Origin: Octopus bimaculoides
Lineage: Eukaryota
Assembly (NCBI RefSeq): GCF_001194135.2
Contig: NC_068999.1
Span: 35,499,878 to 35,561,720 of the forward strand
Reading direction: 5' to 3'
DNA: 61,843 nucleotides
The notes beneath the pieces are model-generated. The model was not told where the DNA came from, did not search any database, and was given only the letters and a program-made list of their open reading frames with translations. Position 1 is the first letter of the stretch, and every line of letters starts with the position of its first letter. Both the position numbers and the translations under genes were made by a program. Positions 51,756 through 61,843 of the stretch are shown here, in pieces.

Positions 51756-53024
51756 AAAAAGATGTACAATCACTTTGAAACTGTGAGCAACAGAAATATG
51801 ACTGTATTATAATTATTGCACCTATTTTCACATTATCTGATATTACCTACAGTGGTAAAAGTAAACCATTGAAACTATGGTAACAGTAGAGTAGGAATGA
51901 GAGGCTAGATCTGATAGGTTTGAACATGGAACCGGTTGAATATTTGGGCCGGATATGGCCTCTTTTAAGGCTAAAGGATTGAAGCCATTCCAACCGTGAC
52001 CCTTCTGCGTCTCTGCACTAGCAAATGAGCTGCTTCCTGTATTTAAAAAGGTGAAATTGGTATGACAAAGGATTTAGCTATCGTTTTAGCAGTGTGAGTA
52101 CTCACATTGCATCGTCACTGTCACTTTATGGTTCCACACTCACATACATATAGGCGCAGGAGTGACTGTGTGGTAAGTAGCTTGCTTACCAACCACATGG
52201 TTCCGGGTTCAGTCCCACTGCGTGGCACCTTGGGCAAGTGTCTTCTACTATAGCCTCGGGCCGATCAAAGCCTTGTGAGTGGATTTANNNNNNNNNNNNN
52301 NNNNNNNNNNNNNNNNNNNNNNNNNNNNNNNNNNNNNNNNNNNNNNNNNNNNNNNNNNNNNNNNNNNNNNNNNNNNNNNNNNNNNNNNNNNNNNNNNNNN
52401 NNNNNNNNNNNNNNNNNNNNNNNNNNNNNNNNNNNNNNNNNNNNNNNNNNNNNNNNNNNNNNNNNNNNNNNNNNNNNNNNNNNNNNNNNNNNNNNNNNNN
52501 NNNNNNNNNNNNNNNNNNNNNNNNNNNNNNNNNNNNNNNNNNNNNNNNNNNNNNNNNNNNNNNNNNNNNNNNNNNNNNNNNNNNNNNNNNNNNNNNNNNN
52601 NNNNNNNNNNNNNNNNNNNNNNNNNNNNNNNNNNNNNNNNNNNNNNNNNNNNNNNNNNNNNNNNNNNNNNNNNNNNNNNNNNNNNNNNNNNNNNNNNNNN
52701 NNNNNNNNNNNNNNNNNNNNNNNNNNNNNNNNNNNNNNNNNNNNNNNNNNNNNNNNNNNNNNNNNNNNNNNNNNNNNNNNNNNNNNNNNNNNNNNNNNNN
52801 NNNNNNNNNNNNNNNNNNNNNNNNNNNNNNNNNNNNNNNNNNNNNNNNNNNNNNNNNNNNNNNNNNNNNNNNNNNNNNNNNNNNNNNNNNNNNNNNNNNN
52901 NNNNNNNNNNNNNNNNNNNNNNNNNNNNNNNNNNNNNNNNNNNNNNNNNNNNNNNNNNNNNNNNNNNNNNNNNNNNNNNNNNNNNNNNNNNNNNNNNNNN
53001 NNNNNNNNNNNNNNNNNNNNNNNN

Positions 53025-53179
53025 NGGCAGTGTGGTAAAACGTTTACTTCTTAACCACATGGTTCCGGGTTCAGTCCTACTGCATGGGCATCTTGGGCAA
53101 GTGTCTTCTATTATAACCTCGAGCCGACTTAAAACCTTGTGAGTGGATTTGGTGGACGGAAACTGAAAGAAGCCTATCG

Positions 53180-53241
<62 letters not shown>

Positions 53242-53462
53242 TGTGTGTGTGTGTGTCCGCCATCACTTGATAACCGATGCTGGTATGTTTATGTCCCTGT
53301 ATCATAACGGGTTGGCAAATAAACACCGATAGAGTAAATAAAGTACTAAGCTTACAAAGAATGAGTCCTGGGGTCGAATTCTTCGACTAAAAACTCTTCA
53401 AGGTGGTGCTCCAGCATGGCCGCAGTAAAAATGACTGAAACAAAAAAAAAACAATAAAAGAA
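53025..53462 (+). mobile_element. SINE family A copy
   Basis: Collinear with 35935-36340. Confidence 0.88.
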
Positions 53463-55427
53463 AAACACATACACAATCATACACAGTCATGCACATATAG
53501 TCACGCAGTCATACACACACACACGTACATACATATACACATAGTCACACAATCACCCACAAATAAACATTACACACACACACACGCGCAGAGTTACAAA
53601 CAGGCACATAGCCTCATGCACAGTCATACACATATATAGATAATTGTACACACAGCCGCACACATACCTGTTTAAAAAATGGCACAATTACAGTCACTCA
53701 CACACAGTGTTCTAGCAGTCACACTGAAAAACAACCATAAACACACTCTCTCGTTTATATGTCAACAGTGACACACACACACACATACACACACACACAC
53801 ACACACACAGAGTGAGTCTCACACAAGCACTTATTATTGTTGTCCCCTCAATTGCCGTTAACCCCCCCCCCTATTTATTTATTTATTGTTGTTTTTGTAC
53901 CAATGACTGCCCCTAACACGTGTTCGTCCTCCAGTGCCGTTTGTATTAAAGACGTGGGGCCGAGCTGGCAATGAGAGTTGGTCAGGTTCGAAGTAGGAGG
54001 TGTGTCGTGGCAATGAGGTGTTGGGGGGTGGGGGCTAGAAAGGGTGAGACCAANNNNNNNNNNNNNNNNNNNNNNNNNNNNNNNNNNNNNNNNNNNNNNN
54101 NNNNNNNNNNNNNNNNNNNNNNNNNNNNNNNNNNNNNNNNNNNNNNNNNNNNNNNNNNNNNNNNNNNNNNNNNNNNNNNNNNNNNNNNNNNNNNNNNNNN
54201 NNNNNNNNNNNNNNNNNNNNNNNNNNNNNNNNNNNNNNNNNNNNNNNNNNNNNNNNNNNNNNNNNNNNNNNNNNNNNNNNNNNNNNNNNNNNNNNNNNNN
54301 NNNNNNNNNNNNNNNNNNNNNNNNNNNNNNNNNNNNNNNNNNNNNNNNNNNNNNNNNNNNNNNNNNNNNNNNNNNNNNNNNNNNNNNNNNNNNNNNNNNN
54401 NNNNNNNNNNNNNNNNNNNNNNNNNNNNNNNNNNNNNNNNNNNNNNNNNNNNNNNNNNNNNNNNNNNNNNNNNNNNNNNNNNNNNNNNNNNNNNNNNNNN
54501 NNNNNNNNNNNNNNNNNNNNNNNNNNNNNNNNNNNNNNNNNNNNNNNNNNNNNNNNNNNNNNNNNNNNNNNNNNNNNNNNNNNNNNNNNNNNNNNNNNNN
54601 NNNNNNNNNNNNNNNNNNNNNNNNNNNNNNNNNNNNNNNNNNNNNNNNNNNNNNNNNNNNNNNNNNNNNNNNNNNNNNNNNNNNNNNNNNNNNNNNNNNN
54701 NNNNNNNNNNNNNNNNNNNNNNNNNNNNNCGGTGAGGTGGTGGTAATGATGATAGTGATGGTAGTGAGAATGGTGGTGGTGGTGGTGGTGGTGGTGGTTT
54801 TAGTGGTGGTGGTGGTGGTTGTGGTGGGGGTGTCAGTGGTGGTAGCTGTGCTTGTTGTAGTGGTTGTAGTGGTTGTGCGGGTAGACAAAGAGAGGTTAAC
54901 ACAGAGACAGCAGCAGAAATGCTTCTGTTCCATCCGTAATAACGATAGAGAAACAGTGAAGCAGGTTTCATCCTGGTGACTAAGCCTGCGAGAAATAGCA
55001 GCCAAACATCGTTGAAATTAAATGTACAAAATTCATCTGCTTTGGTGGGTGTTTTTTAAGGTAGCATATAATGCAATGAAATCCTGAATAAAAGAGGGGC
55101 TGGTCAAGGCTGGGATAACTTTAATCATATGTTTATCGATCAGGGTTGCCCTGGAGGTTACCCAACAACATCAAAAAGGATAGGGGCGATGAAGATTATG
55201 AGAAGCGTGATGGCAGTGTTCGTTGTGATGTTGAGGATGATGATGGTTGTATAATCGCAGTTATAATACAAGCGTACGTGTGTCGCCAAGAGGCTTTAAT
55301 CTTTGTACACTAGAGTACGTACGTACACACACACACATATATATATACATATCTGCATACATATACATACATACGCATACACACACATATACAAACGCGC
55401 GTGCGCGCGCATATATACATGTACATA

Positions 55428-55585
55428 GGCACAGGCGTGATTTGTTGTAAGAAGCTTGCTTTCCAACCACATGGTCTCCGGTTCAGTCCCACTGCATGGT
55501 ACCTTGAGCAAGAGTCTTCTGCTATACCTTCGGGCCGACCACAGCCTTTTGAGTTGATTTAATAGACGGAAACTAAAGAAGCCCG

Positions 55586-55625
<40 letters not shown>

Positions 55626-55890
55626 GACGGGCTTCTTAAGTGTGTGCATGTGTGTGTATGTGTGGGGGTTTTTGGTCTGTGTTTGTCTCCCACTCCGCTT
55701 GACAACCAATGCTAGTGTGGTTTCATCCCCGTAATATAGCGGTTCGGTAAGAGAAGGCTGATAGAAGAAGCACAAGGCTGGAAAAAAAAAAGTACTGAAG
55801 CCGATAGATTCTAACAAAGAAGATTTTTATAGGCAGTGCCCTAGCATGTTCATAGTTTAATAATTGAAATAAGTAAAAGATAAAAGAAAT
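55428..55890 (+). mobile_element. SINE family A copy
   Basis: Collinear with 35935-36340. Confidence 0.85.
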
Positions 55891-56641
55891 ATATAATGGA
55901 AATTAGCTAAGTGAAATAAAACGAGAGTGGCCAGTGGCATGTGTTTGGACAACAAAGTAGAATAAGAGTATATTAAATACAAGATTTATTGAAATTATCT
56001 CCCTTTCAAGCATCGTTAGAAACAATTGATTTGTGGTGGTTGATGTTCCGACACCAAATTCAAATGAGAGAATTTTCTTTATTAAGTTTCATCTGCACAA
56101 CAGTCGTCCGACCTAATATTCGGCCGATATAGCAGTTAGACATATACAAAAAAGAGTAGAACATATTGATGGCGTAGGAAATTTGCATGAAATTTGCATA
56201 TATGAAACATGACCAACATGATCTGAGAAAAATTGCTCTCAGTGGTCAGTCGCTTATATTAGAACGACACATATATATATATATATATATATANNNNNNN
56301 NNNNNNNNNNNNNNNNNNNNNNNNNNNNNNNNNNNNNNNNNNNNNNNNNNNNNNNNNNNNNNNNNNNNNNNNNNNNNNNNNNNNNNNNNNNNNNNNNNNN
56401 NNNNNNNNNNNNNNNNNNNNNNNNNNNNNNNNNNNNNNNNNNNNNNNNNNNNNNNNNNNNNNNNNNNNNNNNNNNNNNNNNNNNNNNNNNNNNNNNNNNN
56501 NNNNNNNNNNNNNNNNNNNNNNNNNNNNNNNNNNNNNNNNNNNNNNNNNNNNNNNNNNNNNNNNNNNNNNNNNNNNNNNNNNNNNNNNNNNNNNNNNNNN
56601 NNNNNNNNNNNNNNNNNNNNNNNNNNNNNNNNNNNNNNNNN

Positions 56642-56920
56642 GTATGTATGTACGTATGTATGTATGTATGTATGTATGTATGTAGGTATGTATGTACGTA
56701 CGTATGTATGTATGTATGTATGTATGTAGGTATGTATGTGTGTATGTATGTATGTATGTATGTATGTACGTATGTATGTATGAATGTATGTATGTAGGTA
56801 TGTATGTACGTATGTATGTATGTATGTATGTACGTATGTATGTATGTATGTATGTAGGTATGTATGTATGTATGTATGTATGTATGTATGTAGGTATGTA
56901 TTATGTATGTACGTACGTAT
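56642..56920 (+). repeat. (GTAT)n tetranucleotide microsatellite
   Basis: Directly visible. Confidence 0.95.
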
Positions 56921-57607
56921 ATGTGCATATTTGTATGTTTTGTTTTATGTATGTGTTCTCATGCATGTAGTTGCATAACTAGACATGCCCATATATACTT
57001 AAATGATAAACTTATAGAAAGTTTTACAAATTTTTACAGTTCCAGTGACGGCTTGAGCCTGTAGTCTTCAAATCAGCTTTCTCCTTTCTGGTTTTGAGAA
57101 TCCTAACTTCACAAGACTGGTATTTAGGTATTGTATATCCCAGGGCCCCAATAATGTATGAACGCATGAATGTATGCACGCATGTATACATGGTTGCATG
57201 TATGTATGTATGTATGTATGTATGTATGTATGTATGTGTTTGTATGTATGTATGTGACAATCATGACTATCCCATCTTTTGTGCATCTCAGGCAAGTAGT
57301 TCAATTTATTGTTTTCTAAGGCCGTATAATGTAACTTAAGGGAAATTAGGCAGCTATTTCTAGCAAAACGAGTGGCCATGTGTAAGTTTCATTGACGTCT
57401 TTTGTGGTATACTAAAATCTGGAAGTGAATGCGTCTGGAAGAAGTAGGATGGTTGAAGGGTCAGTGTGAAGTGGAACAGTCAAATATGTAAACAAAAACA
57501 CGTCAGTTGTACACGATTGATTAGGTCTGAAAATGACAACAGCAGCAACAGCAACAGCAGTGGCAATAGTAGTAGTAGTAGTAGTAGTAGTAGCAGCAGC
57601 AGCAGTA

Positions 57608-58290
57608 GTTCATGACTTCTTTCCAACGTTCCAGAAATTTGTCAATGCTCGACAGTAGAAATCACCGAGTCTTAACGGAAAGGAATCATCGAACCATGCT
57701 TTCAGAGCTTCGTCGTTGTGGAACAAAATGCTTCGCAGTCTTTTGGAAAGTGACCGAAAAAAGTGATCATCTGTAGGTGATACGGCATCAAGAGAATATG
57801 ACGAGGGCGGTAGAACTGCTTTTGAACAGCATTTTGGGTCAAATTAGTGAGGTAGGGGAAGAAACATGCCGTATCGTCGGTCGAGTCGAGTCGTTCCGGC
57901 TGGATTGCTTCGTTGGGCCGATGCATTTGCTGAACGCAAATCTCTGCATTGACCATGTTATTGTTTCCAAGCTTTTCATCCCTAATCTTGCCAAATGCAG
58001 ATCATTGTCTTGCATGAATGTAGCCCTGGCTTAACTCGAGGTGTTGCTTGCTTCTCAGGATTAAGTCATTCTTTCCTCTGTTCCACATTGACATAGACTG
58101 CATTGTTTCATCGCCAGTGACGATAGGGTAAAGAAATGTATGTGCCCACAAGTAGCCAAGTGTCGAACGAGGAAACTTGTGGTGATACAAGAGTCTTGGA
58201 GTTTATCGTTTACGCTCAGAGCATATGGCACCCATGCACCGAGTTTTGAAGCTTACCCTTCGGATGAAAGCGACAGGTGATCCTATCATG
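57608..58290 (-). mobile_element. Mariner transposase remnant
   Basis: KLGAWVPYAL (WVPHEL motif), IVTGDET, NAEICVQQMHR and a C-terminal GDFY...W segment. Frame-shifted. Confidence 0.85.
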
Positions 58291-58299
58291 TAAGCATCC

Positions 58300-58727
58300 A
58301 ATTTGCTGAGCCAATTCCATTTTGGCATGGTGCGAAACAACATAGATATGCTTGTTCAATCGATCCTCATTGAAATGAATTGGTCGGCTGACACGCGGAG
58401 AGAATATAAGGTCGAATTTTCTCCTCTTCTCTCATCGGGATTCAAAAACCTACGGCTATTAAATGCCATTCCAAAACATCTGGGGGATCTACATGGAGCA
58501 GAGGCAGATGTTTTCAAGAAACAACTCGACTTCCTGCTGTTCAAACTTGCAGATGAACCTAACGCACGGTAAGAAACTCAAAAGAGGGCAACAATGTCAA
58601 ATTCCTTCCTTCTCTAAAAGCGAACCGCAAAAGAATAGCCATGGAAAAAGTAGTGATACAAGCGGTACTCCAGCATGGCCACATCCTTTCAGCTGAAACC
58701 CATACATGAATAAAAGAATAAAAGAAT
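58300..58727 (+). mobile_element. CR1/L2-group LINE 3' end
   Basis: RLLNAIPKHL..DVFKKQLDFLL..DEP C-terminus, then a 3' UTR ending CTCCAGCATGGCC...(GAATAAAA)n. Confidence 0.7.
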
Positions 58728-58806
58728 ATGCAGTTCGTCTAAAAAGAAGTAAAATATATTCAAATTTCAAAATCGATAAAGATCTACAAAATAATTAAAA
58801 AAATAA

Positions 58807-58970
58807 AGGAGTGGCTGTGTGTGTGATAAGAAGCTTGCTTCCCAACCACATGGTCCCGGGTTCAGTCGCACTGCGTGGCAACTTGGGCAAATGACTTCTA
58901 CTATAGCCTTGGGCCGACCAAAGCCTTATGAGTGGATTTGGTCGACGGAAACTGAAAGTAGCCCATCGTA

Positions 58971-59016
<46 letters not shown>

Positions 59017-59230
59017 CACCATCGCTTGACAACCGATACTGGTGCGTTTACGTTCCCGCAACTTAGCGGCTCGGAAAAAGTAAACGATAGAATAAGTACC
59101 AGGTTTACAAAGAATAAGTCATGGGGGGGGGGGCGATTTCTTCGACTGAAATAAAGAAAGACCTTTCAAGGCAGTGCTCCAGCATGGCCATATTCAAATA
59201 ACTAATACAAATAAGAGAATAAAAGAACAA
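58807..59230 (+). mobile_element. SINE family A copy
   Basis: Collinear with 35935-36340. Confidence 0.88.
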
Positions 59231-59559
59231 AAGAATTAAACAGTACAATAAAATATATTCTGTGTGTAAATTGAAATAAGACTTGGAAAGAAACGAACCG
59301 ATTTATCTGACAACCCAACATAATCAAGCGCCATTTTAGCTTCAGCCACTTATATAGGTATGTGTATGTTTGTGGCTGTGTGTGTATGGTGTATGTGTGT
59401 TTTGTGCACAGTGCACTGCTGCATAAACAGTTGCATCTCCGTTTCAAGGGCATGTGTTACTTTATTCTTTCTTTCTTTCTTTCTTTTCTACCTTTTCTTC
59501 TTCAATGTTAACGTGACAGTTTTCTTGTTTAGCAGACATTGTTTACACACCATTTAACG

Positions 59560-60061
59560 CCGACAATCTCAGCAACTCCAACGCCATCACCACTACCAAC
59601 CGTCACCGCTACCAACGACGTCACTAACATTGCTAGCATCACCAGCACCAGCAGCAGCAGCAGTAGCATAGCCACCTCCACCACCACCACCACCACCACN
59701 NNNNNNNNNCACCAAATACAACCGTAAAAAAATCGACCCTGCCCCCCCGCCACCAACATCAGCACCATTTCTATAACCATCTTTATCATTATCATCACCT
59801 CTATCGTCATTACCAATATCCCGCCTCTGACACCACTTCCCCCCTCTCTCTCTCTACCTCTAACCTCACCTCTCTTCTTAAATCTCCTCTCACTCTGAAG
59901 TTTGCCATAAAGCTGACGTCCAGCTTCTTCTGCAGACGTCACAACTGTATTTGACATCACTTCCTTTCTTGTCCCAGCATTGGTTCTTCTTGGGCATCAC
60001 CACCACCACCACTACCATCACCATCATCATCACCACCACCACCACTGTCACCACCGCCACT

Positions 60062-60104
<43 letters not shown>

Positions 60105-61070
60105 CCATCGTCATCATCACCATCATCATCGTCGTCGTCGTCATCATCATCATCATCATCATCGTCGTCGTCGTCATCATCATCATCATCATCACCATCG
60201 TCATCATCATCATCATCATCATCACCATCGTCATCATCATCCTCACCATCATCACCACCATCATCATCATCATCGTTGTCGACGTCGTCGTCGTCGTCGT
60301 CATCATCATCATCATCATCATCACCACCACCATCATCGTCGTCATCATCATCATCATCATCCTCATCAACCACTACTATCATCATCTTTCATCGTCGTCG
60401 TCGCTGTCATCGTCATTATCATCGTCATTATCATCGTAACCACTACCACCATCATCGTTGTTACCACAAACACCTTCATTATCATTATCATTATCGTCTT
60501 GTCATCATCGTCATCGTCATCAGCACCTATACCCCTCGTCCGGTTCAATGATGTCGTTCATTCAAACGAGGCTAAATCTTGATTTGTCACTGATTTGACA
60601 GCTATCTCTACCAGGTTGTGGTGGTGGTGGTGATGACAGTAGTGGTGGTGGTGATGACAGTAGTGGTGGTGGTGATGACAGTAGTGGTGGTGGTGGTGGT
60701 GGTGGTGGTGGTGGNNNNNNNNNNNNNNNNNNNNNNNNNNNNNNNNNNNNNNNNNNNNNNNNNNNNNNNNNNNNNNNNNNNNNNNNNNNNNNNNNNNNNN
60801 NNNNNNNNNNNNNNNNNNNNNNNNNNNNNNNNNNNNNNNNNNNNNNNNNNNNNNNNNNNNNNNNNNNNNNNNNNNNNNNGTGGTGGTGATGACAGTAGTG
60901 GTGGTGGTGATGACAGTAGTGGTGGTGGTAGTGGTGGTGGTGGTGGTGGTAGCAGTAGTGGTGGCGGAGGCGGCGGCGACGGTTTCGGTGGTGGTGATAT
61001 TTGGGATTAAGACTTTTGATGACGGTCGTAGCTTTGTTGTTCCTTGCTATTGATCCTGTAACTACAATAC

Positions 61071-61120
<50 letters not shown>

Positions 61121-61397
61121 TCGATGATGATGATTATGACGACGGCTATGACGATGACGACGACGTCTCGAAGCTGTGGTTATAAAAACAACTCTCTGTT
61201 CCTCCTCGTATATCCACCACCGTGAACTTTGTCCGCCATGTCCTCTTCAGTCATCGTTCACCTGCGAACCTGCCATCGCCAAAGTGTTCTGTTTTGTTTA
61301 CTTCTTTCTCGTCTTCCTTTTCCTCCTCCTCCGCCTTCTCCACCTACTGCTTGTAATGAGGACGAACATCGTCGAATTTATTTTCATCATCATCATC

Positions 61398-61431
<34 letters not shown>

Positions 61432-61452
61432 TCACCACTACCACTACTACCA

Positions 61453-61483
<31 letters not shown>

Positions 61484-61704
61484 CAACAACATCATCATCA
61501 TTATCATCATCACCATCATCAACGTTGTCATCATCATCATCATCATCTCGACCATCCTCATCACCACTACCACCACCATCATCGTCATCATCATCGTCAT
61601 CTTCACCAAAAACTGCGGCAGCAGCAACAGCAACTTCGTCTCTTCATCCTTTATCCGTCTTCTTCTCCATCAATCACCACCACTTCTATCATCAACATCA
61701 TCAC

Positions 61705-61756
<52 letters not shown>

Positions 61757-61790
61757 GTCGTCGTCGTCGTCGTCATCATCATCTTTCACT
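59560..61790. repeat. Compound trinucleotide microsatellite field
   Basis: (CAC/CAT/CGT)n, (GGT)n, (GAT)n and (CAT)n blocks. Confidence 0.9.
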
Positions 61791-61843
61791 AACCACTTAA
61801 CGTCCTTATCTCTACAGTATTGCTTTGATTACATTCATTAGTT

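Noticed and set aside
59890-60582. His-, Asp-, Met- and Ile-rich ORFs
   Set aside because: These are translations of trinucleotide microsatellites, open in several frames and on both strands.

Overview
Repeat-dense, gappy eukaryotic draft sequence, inferred to be an octopus genome from the SINE families, the microsatellite load and the N-gap style. Almost all ORFs in the track are microsatellite or N-gap artefacts. The only convincing protein-coding gene is an intronless VRK/poxvirus-B1-like Ser/Thr kinase (ATG 37114 to stop 38196, 360 aa) with a compact TATA/CAGT/E-box promoter. The rest is tRNA-derived SINEs, decayed LINEs (Tx1-like, RTE-like, CR1/L2-like), Tc1/mariner remnants, a hAT MITE and a probable Helitron. 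The least expected signal is a set of about ten minimal type-I hammerhead ribozyme (HHR) motifs from several repeat families, probably Penelope-related. One is fully base-paired, has a CCGAUGA variant core and sits in a 61-bp fold-back (30813-30950). Another belongs to a tRNA-headed SINE flanked by a 10-bp target-site duplication (TSD) (9188-9406). All family assignments were made by eye from motifs; no database searches were run.
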